Assembly: GCA_012295275.1 (NCBI GenBank)
Contig: CM022679.1
Location: 9,796,001-9,860,000, forward strand
From: Chrysomallon squamiferum
Taxonomy: Eukaryota; Animalia; Mollusca
Length of the DNA: 64,000 bases
Direction of reading: 5' to 3'
Position numbers and translations under genes: made by a program. This document shows positions 38,124 to 50,674 of the stretch, piece by piece. Every line of letters starts with the position of its first letter. The first letter of the stretch is position 1. The notes beneath the pieces were generated by a model. It saw only the letters and a program-made list of their open reading frames with translations. It had not been told where the DNA came from and ran no database searches.

Positions 38124-41100
38124 TCAAGCAATAAAAACAATCTTCCTCTCTGCCACAGTTTGCCTGCAAACTGGACATGGCTTGTTGATGAAATGCTGTG
38201 AACAAACAACTCCACAGCAGAGATGAGAACATGGCAGAAACAAAGCAGTGGCTGGTTCCTGTACACAGGTGATACACTGGGGAGCCATGTTTGTAACAGG
38301 TGAAACAGGTGCTGGAATGTCAGGTGAAGAAGATGATGTTTCTTCTTGTGTTGCTAGAAAAGTAAAATAAAATTTAAAATATTAACAACCATGCAGTTAA
38401 AAATCAGCATCATTTAGTGACAGTCATAAAAAATGTTGCAACTTATCTAAACATCACTCCACATTGGTAGCATGTGTCTTGTCTATATAATTATTTCTAT
38501 TTGCCACCAGGCTCAATTCAATTAACCTGTAAACCCAAAATAGTATTTTTTATTTAAAAAGAAATATTATAGTAACAAAAATACTCTCTTACCTTGTCTT
38601 TGTCTGAGACTGAATATCTCAGCTTTTAGTCTCTGAAGTTCTTTTTCTTGTTGAGATAATTCTGAAATATGTCTCTCTTCATCTCTCTTCCTCCTGTCTC
38701 CTCATTTCTTCCTCCTGTCTCCTTCTCTCTTCCTCCTGTCTGAATTTTGTCTGCCAGTTTTGTCTTTCCAAAGCCAGTCTGATGATATCTGCATACATTT
38801 GTTCTTCTAAATGTAGCTTTTCTTGTCTTTCCCTCTCTTTTTCTTCTTCAAGTTGCTGCCCTCTTAGTCTTTCCCTCTCTTTTTCTTCTTCAAGTTGCTG
38901 TCCTCTTAGTCTTTCCCTCTCTTTTTTTTCTTGTCTTTCCCTCTCTTTTTCTTTCCCCTCTCTTTTTCTTCTTCAAGTTGCTGCCCTCTTAGTCTTTCCC
39001 TCTCTTTTTCTTGTCTTTCCCTCTCTTTTTCTTCTTCAAGTTGCTGCCCTCTTAGTCTTTCCCTCTCTTTTTCTTCTTCAAGTTGCTGTCCTCTTAGTCT
39101 TTCCCTCTCTTTTTCTTCTTCAAGTTGCTGCCCTCTTAGTCTTTCCCTCTCTTTTTCTTCTTCAAGTTGCTGTCCTCTTAGTCTTTCCCTCTTTTTTTTC
39201 TTCAAGTTGCTGTTCTCTTATCTTTCCATCTTTTTCTTCTTGATCCTGCCCTCTTGGAGTTTTCCAATGAGCTTTTCTTGTCTTTCCCTCTTTTTTTTAT
39301 ATCTCATTTTCCAAAGAAAAACAATTTCTGCATCTGAAAAAATAATTATAATAATAATAAAAAAAGGTTTGATAATAATCCACTCCATTATTCTTACATC
39401 TTTTTAAGTATATATTTGGTAATATGATGAAATATAAAAATAAAAAAATCGAACAAAAGGAAAAAATAATTTTAATAATAACAGTTAAAGGTTTGTCATC
39501 AGTACACTCCAACATGTTTACATCTTTTTAAATATACATTTGGTAATATGATGAAATATTAAAATAACATTAAAAATATGTTGTGCATACTTCAAAGTTA
39601 TGTTTTATTTGATGGGGAGTTTTAACTAATAACAAAGAAAAACACAAAACAATACTGTTTAAATATATTTCTATATTAGATGTGATATCATCAAATACAG
39701 AGCACATCTATTTGCTTCAGTTTCTTCTAGTGTTATAAGGAAGATAAAAACAGTAATCACTATGCCATTTATGTGACAATATCATAACTCAAACTGTAAA
39801 AGGTTAAAATCAAGGTATTCTGATAAATTGTCATTTGTGTTATGGGTTTAATCAAATATGAAAACTGTAATAATATATATATATTCTTTCTTATAAAATT
39901 AATTTTAAATATATTTATAAAAATACTTCCAAAATATTCTGTCTAAAAAGTTTCAGAAAGAAAGAAAACATTCATTTATACTGTTTGTACCTTATTTATT
40001 CTAGATATTTCTCTAGAACAAAAACACAAATCTGTATTTTCAGAGTAATCCCCCTTAATCCTTAAAAAATTTATTTTTACTATTTAATTTTCATAAACTA
40101 AATTCTGTTTAACTGGATTTAACTCACCACTGAAACAACAAATTTAAAGGATATTTAATTTTATAAATAATTATTAAAAAAGCATATATTTGTATTTACC
40201 CCCACCCCCACTATTTATCTTTTGTTTTCTGATTAACTCACAAGTTAAATTGTGAATTTTGAGGATGGCTTGTCGAATTTGTGGCATATTGTACTGACAT
40301 TCAAGAGCTGCTTTGATGACATTGAGGTCAAGACCTGCACTGACTGGACTAGTTGTGGTCACTGTACCATTACTGGTCACTGGTCCTGAAAATAAAATGA
40401 ACAATATTAACACAAAGTTCATTAACAGACAAGGTAATTTTAAAACAATTTTACCACTAAATATGAAAGAAATGAAAATTAAATATTTATTTTGTGGTTC
40501 TATTAGAGAATTATTTATTACTATTATTTATTTATTTACTTATTTATTATTATTATTTTATATTATTATTATTGTTATTCAAAATAATTGTATTATTATT
40601 AAACAAACAAAACAAACAAATTAAAATTGTCAAATTATTATTATTCAAAATAATTGTCATAAAATTAAACTTAAAAAAAAAAAAAAAAAAAAATGTCAAA
40701 TTTTTTACCTTCCTGGAAGACCTTTAAAAAATGAATTATTTAAAATCAACTTCAATCTATGGAGAAACAAAATTAAAATTAAATTAAAAATAAGAAATCA
40801 AGGTTTCAACTTCACACAGAAGAAACATCTTCTATATAAAAAAAATGAGTGAATTTCTTCATATATATTTTAATATAAAAATGAATTATTTAATAATCCA
40901 GGCTTGTTGCTGTTAACCTATTATCAACAAAACTGCACATTCTTTTCCTCTATCTCTCTCTCTCTCTCTATATATATATCCATCAATCTATTCAACTTCA
41001 CACACACACACACACACACACACACAGATATAGATAGATCGACAGACAGACAGATAGATAGAATATATGTATATATATAACACAATTACAATATATATAT

Positions 41101-43237
41101 ATATACGTAATTTGTGTGTGTGTGTATGTGAATGTCTGTGAGCATATATATCTATACATATATAAAGAAATTTTCTTACACTTCTTAAACCACACATAGT
41201 TATGGAAACTATAATTTATTTTAAAATATATTATTTTTCTAATAACAGTAACTGGTTGTAAAACAAACCTCTGCTTGCTGTGCTTCTTGTACAAAATCAA
41301 TTCCTTTAATCTGATTGAGAAAGATACACTGTGGTGACAACCTGGCATGTTGAACCCACGGATCAGCCTGGCATCTCCACTTCTTCAGACCCACCCCACA
41401 ACAAAAGCATACCACTTTGTCTGCACACCCTAAAAGAAATATTAATATATATAAATTTGCTATTGTATTAATTTTTGATCCAGTTAAATTACCAAAAATC
41501 TTTCTTTTTGTGAAAACAAATTATTCAAAAAAAGCTGACCAGCCTGCATGGGCCACTGTAGTTAGTTAACTGATAAAATGCTAAAAAAATTTACATTAAA
41601 AGCTGTGTGTTTGTGTATGTTCTTGCTCAATGGTTAATTACAAATTTACATTAAAACTGCATTCATTCTCTGGTATGAGCATAAAACTGAATATTTTGGA
41701 TGTTGTTTTAATATATTTATTTTAGCTGATCTTTTAAATTAGAGAGCTGCAAGTAAATTAATTAATTTTGTTTTCATATACCTTAGTATTTATATTACTT
41801 TTAGATAAAGTTTTACATGAAGTTTTCTTAACTTGTGTTCTTTACATTAAAGTTTTAGAATTTATACTCCTGTCGGTGTTATTTATTTATAATAGCTTAT
41901 TATTAATAATCAGTATATAAAAAAATAACATTTGTTTCCTGCTTTTGTTTTCTTGCTTTTCTGATTAGTTTTATACCTAACCTTTCAAGATACAAAGTAT
42001 ATATTGCACTTGCAGCAAACAATTTTCTCAGATAACTAAGGCTAGGTATTTAATGTTTTTGTTTACCAATTATTTAAGGAAAAAATATGTATACTTATAT
42101 ACTTAAAAATATGTAAATAATATATATGAAGTAATAAGTACAATGCCACAGCACTTTTTTAAACTTAAATAACCCTAGGATATCACGTTTTCGTTTGCTT
42201 CATTCAGCATAATTTGATAGGTAATAAAATTTGTTCTTACCCACACATGTCACTACAGTATTTATTAAATTCACCAAGAAGCTGATACTACTAAAAAAAC
42301 ATTTACTGTCTCCAAATGAATGATGAATTTTACCTGTATAATAAAATCCTGCCTCATTAAGTTGCTCAGCTGTTTGGTACAACTGTGGTGACCATTCACG
42401 GAAAGTATTTAGTCTTTGATCATGACTTTCAAATTGTGGATGAACAGCAAAAGGTTTTTCCAAACTTGAAACTTGTAATTGTTCTGACTGCTTCATAGCA
42501 TGTATTTCATTTTCCAATTCTAATGTGATATTCCCCACATCTTTCTTCAACACAAAAGGACATTCTGGTTTCGCTTTTTGATGCTGGTAATCAGGTGTTT
42601 TGGCTGAAAATGGTAAACAAAGACTACAAAAAACACACTGTACCATATCTGTAGGTTTGAAAATGAATCCATTTGCTGCCCATTGTGATGCCTTCAGTAA
42701 ATTCTCAGTACATTTGGTCAGGTTGTCAAATGTCAGTATTCTTCTGCTTTCGAATAAATAATCGGCTCCACCAATTGGTGCAAACATTTCATTTTCATTG
42801 ACTTTAGGTTGGTCAGTGTACAAGAAACAGTTATTTTCCAAAGAAATACTTCCGAAATCATTTCTTTGCGAAAATAAATTCCTTCTTGCCGTGTTGACAT
42901 CTCCAGGAATGATCAAAGGCGCTGGTGTAGAAATTGGCGAAGCCTTCAGAAATGGACAGTTAGGGTTGATGGTTCGATGTACCGCCATAGGAGATTCTCC
43001 TCGTGGATTTTTCCATTCAGCTGAACATGCAAAGCAAGATAAAATATTCCCATTTGTTCCAGGAACACAATAAAAGCCTGCTTGCGCAAGTTTTAATGGT
43101 GAGTTATATCTCAAGTTCCAGACTCCAAACGTTGATGCTGAATTGACAGTGGCAACATCCATAGCATTAGCTCGAAATGATGCTAACCTGACATACATGT
43201 TGGACATGTCATTTACCTGGTTATCTGCCATGATCAT
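38124..43237 (-). pseudogene. IAP (BIRC-like) copy A: BIR1-3 exons open, stop in exon 3, scrambled exon 5; pseudogene or BIR-only truncated gene
   Basis: Exons 42334-43237, 41269-41429, 40709-40756 (TAA at 40736-38), 40242-40385, ~38593-39333 (5' end rearranged, stop near 39220, frameshifts), 38124-38353 (RING exon intact). Confidence 0.85.
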
Positions 43238-46200
43238 ATTGTGTCTTAAAATAGTTGCACAAAAATATCGTTATGGGTCTGAAAGACTCTTTGAATGAAA
43301 TTTCCAAATCTATCAACCAAAACAATAGTTACAACTCCATGCTAAAATGTTCACTTCCGGTGCATAATTTTCTCCCTGATATATTTACGCACCTCCTTTA
43401 ATCTATTTCTGTCAGGTAGTCAGCATTATAGGCAAATATGCTTTCATTTTCCCATCATATTTAAGCAGAGAGACTTTTCAAGTTTAACAGTTGCTGCAGT
43501 TTCACATCTAAAAAGTAAAATGTTCTTTCTACAAGATTTAAACGATCATGACAATTACCCATATAATCTAATGAAGGCAAAAAAACGATTCCATTTGATC
43601 TCACAATATTTTATTATCTAATTGAATAGGTGTCTGGACTCCTTCTTGACATTAACAGAGGCATAATAATAATTACGTGTTAAATATAATAACTTTGTTC
43701 ATGATATATAGCGTCTTTGTTTCGAAGAGCACTTGCTATTCATGTGAGAAATAGTAAATACATAGCTAGGTTTACTCAATACCAGGAAGAATATTTTAGA
43801 AGAAAATCATGTTTAGATAGTTTCATCCAGTGTCATCTGATTCCACAACGCAAATTTCAGAAGGACTGATCTACTAATATACAGTGACACAACAATCATA
43901 ATTATATTATGAAGCAAATAATAAGTGTAATGATTATTTAAAAGGATAAAAACAAAAACGAACAATTATAATAAAAATATAGCTATCAGCAATATCCAAT
44001 ACTGACTGACTGAAAACTAAAATAAAATAGAATGTGTAATTTTTTGGAAATTAAATGGGCTTCAAATAAAGAACACACATTATGTATTGATGTACAATGA
44101 TGATTATAAATACTTAAACCATCTTTTATATAATTCAGTTTTCTTTTAACTTATTACGTCTGCTTATATTTGTAATGTAGTTTTCAACAAAAGTTTGGTT
44201 TTGTTAATGAGACATTCCCAGACTTTAATAGTTTTATGTTTGTAAGAAATGTATGTCAGAGGTTATTGTTTATTTCAAGAAGATTTTTCCATCATTTATG
44301 CTTCTTCTTCTTCTTATAATAATAATAATATTAATATTAACATTAATAATAATCATAACAATAATATATTGACGTTAGTGTGATATGAAAGGGATTTAAC
44401 TATTTTATTAAAACATGTGTAAAATATTAATTTTAATTATTTTTTTCTGCTAGAATATTAAGTTCTTATATTTAATCTCACACAATGGTTTCGGATTTCC
44501 CATACTCATGTTAACAGGTGTGTGATTTGCACTGAATTAATGTTAATGAAACATCAACATATTTTAATTGTAATAAACATATCTTAAAGCTTTCTTCTTC
44601 TTTCTGTTTCTTTTTTTAATTTTTTTTCAGTTTTTATTTTTTTTTTTTTTTTTTTAAATATAATGATAGCATGAATCAGGTAGTATCTGTTTTTAAGAGG
44701 GGAAAACATAAATATTTTTATTATTTTATATCCCTAATTTGAGGCCCTTGGGTGGAATGGGAAATATCCTAATCAGTGTACTATGGATGACTGATCATAT
44801 TAGCAGGTTGAGCAGTCCACTCACTTCAGTTGCTGGTATATAGAGATTTGTGCATCCAATGAAATTTTGTTTTTAATAAAAACACACATGGTTTTCAACA
44901 TGAATAAAATTATCCAGTATAAAACTTAATACTTTAAAATTCTTAACAGTTAAAGGACTACATAATTAGCTCCAAACAAACATTAAGAAAAAAAATCTTA
45001 ACTGGTCTCTCACTACTGCATTGTCAAATTTAAAGTTTTTCACTGTTGTTCATTACTCATTAAAAAATAATAATTCAGTGTTATAAATAAATAAGGAAAA
45101 AAATACAGTAATATTAATAATGTAGTAATAATAACTAATAAAATTACAAAATTAATATTATTAGGGATATTTTTTGTTTTGTTATTTGCCATCAATACTG
45201 AGCCAGTGGATTATTTTTATTTAACATCATTTACACCTTGCTAAAAACATTATCACCTGGAAATACACGTTCTCCCTAAGCATTGTTAATTTATAACACT
45301 GACAAATAACAACAAAAATAACTAATTCAGTTTAATGTTTTTATTTTTATTATATAAGGATAAAAATACATTCAAGTTTAATTTTAAAAAATGCACAATT
45401 CTGAACACTGATGAAAAAGCCATTTTACAAAAGGGTTAAGAAATTAAGCATCAGTTTGTTCAAAATGCACATCTTGTAAAAAGATAATAAGTAAAAATGT
45501 TTATTTAACATACATTTAGAAATAGTGATCCAGCACTACATGAGACTAAAAATGAAATTATGACAATAATATAACATTAAATAAACAAGTAGTTTCCTAA
45601 CTGCTGCCTTTTTCCTTGAAGAATACATGTTGAAATAAATGAATAATAAATATAATTTTTTACTTTTTTTGCTTGGTAATGAAAATCAATTATTATAATT
45701 TTTACCGAAACAAAACAATGAATTTTTTATTTTAAAACTGATTAAAAATGAAGTATTAAAATTGGACATGACATTAAACTGTGAGATAAGATTTAAACAG
45801 GTACCAAACATCTTTAAGGTTACTAAAATAAGTTTATCTAAAAATTAATTTCATTAAAAGCAGATAAATTATATGAAATGTCATGATATTAATAAATTAA
45901 TTAATTAATATCTCTTATCATTTCAGTAATTTTCATTTTCTAATATAAAGACACAAATTGATTTATTATAATAAAAGTGATAACTGTTACAAAAAAAGGG
46001 ATGACATTAAAATTGAAAATGTGAATGCTAAAATTTTGGTTTCCAAACTAATCTTCTGAACTGGAAAATGTAAAACCCAAATGATTAAGAATCTGAAATC
46101 AAAATAATTTATTATAAATGATGGTATATGTTTTCACCAAATTCTAGAAATAATGAAAAGAAATAAAATAAACTATATGGTTTATCAAACATACATGATG

Positions 46201-47794
46201 AATATAATATTTAAATTCTTAAAAACAAATGATGACTTTACAAGACAAAGATAAATGATCTACGCATTAAAATACCTATGCAATGTACATTATATACAAA
46301 ACAAATATATATTGCAAGCATTAAAACTACACCCCTGCAAAAACACATATATTATATGAAATGATAAGATATTTGTTTGTTATATCATCAGATAACTTTA
46401 GGATGACAGAAACATGATTATACCCCATTCAAGTGACATCCTGGGCTGGTGCAATGACTGGTGGACATTAGATACGACATTATGCATATAAAACAAGAAC
46501 AAGTCTTATATGTAATGCATATATCTACAACAGTAAATGAAAAGAGATACAAAGCATACAGTAACAGAATTCTACAAAGCATACTCCAGAATATATATAT
46601 TTATAATTATGTAATTCTAAGTAACTGAATATACATAACAAAGCCATTAAACAACATTTGACTGCTTATTAAAACATTAAAAATATAAATACATACATGT
46701 ATGTTTATGTGTGTGTAGGTATGTGTGTGTATGTATGTGTGTGTATTGCACATGCACATATCTAACAAAATAGCAACTACACTGCATTTTAACAAAAAAT
46801 ATTATTTATCTAAATAATAATAATATTAACAACAGTAATAGTAGAATAATATTAAATTCTACTTCAGTAAAATTGATTGAATTTTGCCATTACAAATATA
46901 TACAAGCTCAGTATCCAGAAGCCTAAAATAACCAAATTTATAAACCGGGTAGTCATTCTTTAAGAGTTTCAATGATTTAGTTTTTATATATATATAAACC
47001 AAATACATTAATTTAAAATTACAAGAAGCTTTTCCTCTTCTTCATTTTTTGTTCTCTTTTTAAAAAAAAAAAAAAATTCTGAATAGTAATAATTAGATTG
47101 ACGAAAATTACAATTTTATCATGTAATGATAATACAAATGATTGCAGACACAATTTTGATGCATTTCAAGACAAAGCAGCATCTATTTTTCATGGTAGCC
47201 TGATAAACTGATGTAAATGCTGCCATACATTCTTTTTGCTGCCTCTTCTAAGAAAGAGATGGTTCTGAAGAGTTCTTGTTTCATATATTTAGTTTCTCAT
47301 TTGTTACTGGCTTTTTTCATATTTCACATTCAAACATAAATGTTCAAAACAAATATAATTCCCAAAGTAATCAGTTGTTTCACTATGATACGGAAATTAA
47401 CAGCAGTCCCCACTCTTTTAATAAAAAAACACAGAAAAGAATGAGGAATATTCCATTTAGATTCAACAAATTGTATCCCTCAACAACAGTAACAGTAAAT
47501 TGTATAAGAATCAAAAGAATTCACAAGCCTTAACAGCACGTGATACTTAAGATTAATGTCATGATTAAGTACTTCAAAGAAATAAAATATATCCATCAGA
47601 AATATGTTATTAACTCTTAAATGGTTTCTTTTGGGTGTGTTTTTTTTTTAAAAAAAAGGTTAAATATTTCAGTTCCTTTATCTTCATTTTCATTTCTCAT
47701 ATCTCACTAAATTACAAATACATTGAGTAGATACAAATTAAACAAAAATGAAATGGTTTCAAATGCTGCAGATTTTCACAATGATGATGTGAAA

Positions 47795-50187
47795 TCAAGC
47801 AATAAAGACAATCTTCCTCTCTGCCACAGTTTGCCTGCAAACTGGACATGGCTTGTTGATGAAATGCTGTGAACAAACAACTCCACAGCAGAGATGAGAA
47901 CATGGCAGAAACAAAGCAGTGGCTGGTTCCTGTACACAGGTGATACACTGGGGAGCCATGTTTGTAACAGGTGAAACAGGTGCAGGAGTGTCAGGTGAAG
48001 AAGATGATGTTTCTTCTTGTGTTTCTAGAAAAGAAAATTAAAATTTTCATTAGTTTGTACAACTATTAAGAACGACGCTGTTTAATGATAGTGACAAAGA
48101 ATGTTGCAATATATCTAAACATAACTCCATATTGCTAGTATGTGTCCACATAATTATTTCTATTTGTCACTAGGCTCAATTCAATTCACCTGTAAACCCA
48201 AAATAGCTTTTTTATCTTAAAAAAGAAATGGAGTATTATTAATAATTTTTAAATAATATGAACACTTTACAGACAATTAATTATAGAAATACTCAAAGTT
48301 ACCTTGTCTTTGTCTGAGATTTAAAATCTCAGCTTTCAGTCTCATAATTTCTTTTTCTTGTTCAGATAATTCTGAAATATGTCTCTCTTCCTCCTGTCTC
48401 CTCATTTCTTCCTCCTGTCTCCTTCTCTCTTCTTCCTGTCTCCTTCTCTCTTCCTCATGTCTCCTCATTTCTTCCTCCTGTCTAAATCTTTCCTGCCAGT
48501 TTTGTCTTTCCAAAGCCAGTCTGATGATATCTGCATACATTTGTTCTTCTAAACGTAGCTTTTCTTGTCTTTCCCTCTCTTTTTCTTCTTCAAGTTGCTG
48601 CCCTCTTAGTCTTTCCCTCTCTTTTTCTTGTCTTTCCCTCTCTTTTTCTTCTTCAAGTTGCTGCCCTCTCAGTCTTTCCCTCTCTTTTTCTTCTTCAAGT
48701 TGCTGCCCTCTCAGTCTTTCCCTCTCTTTTTCTTCTTCAAGTTGCTGGCCTCTTAATCTTTCCCTCTCTTTTTCTTGTCTTTCCATCTCTTTTTCTTCTT
48801 CAAGTTGCTGCCCTCTTAGTCTTTCCCTCTCTTTTTCTTCTTCAAGTTGCTGCCCTCTTAGTCTTTCCCTCTCTTTTTCTTGTCTTTCCATCTCTTTTTC
48901 TTGTCTTTCATTTTCCAGCTGCTGTTTCTGCATCTGCAACACCTTCAGATTGTGATCCTTGGCTTGGAGTTCTCCAATGAGCAGAGGAAAGTTAGGAAAA
49001 CCACCTAAAATATCAGTAAGGTACATATATAAAAAAATAAATCGCACAAATGGAAAAAATAATTTCAATAATAACAGTTAAAGGTTTAACATCAGCACAC
49101 TCCAACATATTTACATCTTTTTAAATATACATTTGGTAATATGATGAAATATTAAAATAATATTAAAAATCTGTTGTGCATACTTCCAAGTTATGTTTTA
49201 TTTGATGGGGAGTTCTAATTAATAACAAAGAAAAACACAAAATAATACTGTTTAAATATATTTCTATATTTGATGTGATATCATCACATACAGAGCACAT
49301 CTATTTGCTTCAGTTTCTTCTAGTGTTATAAGGCAGATAAAAACAGTTATCACTATGCCATTTATGTGACAATATCATAACTCAAACTGTAAAAGGTTAA
49401 AATCATGGTATTGTGATGAACTGTCTTTTGTGTTATGAGTTTAATCAAATATGAAAACTGTAATAATATATATATATATAATATCTTTCTAATAAAATTA
49501 ATTTTAAATATATTTAGAAAAATACTTCCATTTTATTGTGTCTAAAAAGTTTCAAAAAGAAAGAAAGCTTTCATTTATTCTGTTCCCACCTTATTTATTC
49601 TAGATATTTCTCTAGGACAAACACACAAATCTGTATTTTCAGAGTAATCCCCCTTAATTCTTAAAAAGTTTATTTTTACAATTTAATTTCTTAAATGGAT
49701 GAGACTCGTAAACTAAATTCTGTTTAACTGGATTTAACTGACCACTGAAACTACAAATTTAAAGGATGTTTAATCTTATAAATAATTATTAAATAAGCAT
49801 ATATTTGTATTTACCCCCACCCCCACTAGTTATCTTTTGTTTTCTTATTAACTCACAAGTTAAATTGTGAATTTTGAGGATGGCTTGTCGAATTTGTGGC
49901 ATATTGTACTGACATTCAAGAGCTGCCTTGATTACATTGAGGTCAAGACCTGCACTGACTGGACTAGTTGTGGTCACTGTACCATTACTGGACACTGGTC
50001 CTGGAAATAAAATGGACAGTATCAACAAACAATTCAGTTAACAGAAAGTATAATTTTAAAATAATTTTACCACTATATATGAAAGAAATGAAAATTAAAT
50101 ATTTATTTTATGGTTCTATTAGAGAATTATTTATTAATATTATTTATTTACTTATTTATTATTATTATTTTATATTATCATTTTTTA

Positions 50188-50282
<95 letters not shown>

Positions 50283-50609
50283 AAATAATTGTCATAGAAT
50301 TTGACTTAAACAAACAAAATAAAATTGTCAAACTTACCTTCCTGGAAGACCTTTGGTGGGTCAAAATCAACTTCAATCTATGGAGAAACAAAATTAAAAT
50401 TAAATTTAAAAAAACAAGAAATAGATTTTTAGTACGGAAGAAACATCTTCTATAAAAAAAAAATGACATTTCTTCATATACATTTTAATAAAAATATTTA
50501 TTTAATAATCCAGGCTTGTTGCTGTTAACCTATTATCAACAAAACTGCACATTCTTTTCCTCTATCTATCTCTCTCTCTCTCTGTATATATATCCATCAA
50601 TCTATTCAA

Positions 50610-50674
<65 letters not shown>

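Noticed and set aside
38068-38277. ORF MYHLCTGTSHCF... conserved in all three units (also 47712-47948, 57173-57409)
   Set aside because: Alternative frame of the RING exon; conservation follows from the RING and the recent duplication.
42002-42020. tattgcacttg match to the miR-92 family 5' end
   Set aside because: Only 11 nt match, no hairpin, and altered in copy C.
48170-48200. Possible alternative last exon tttacag|GTGAATTGAATTGA (GELN*) giving a RING-less isoform
   Set aside because: Weak pyrimidine tract; its presence in all copies is explained by the duplication; no independent support.
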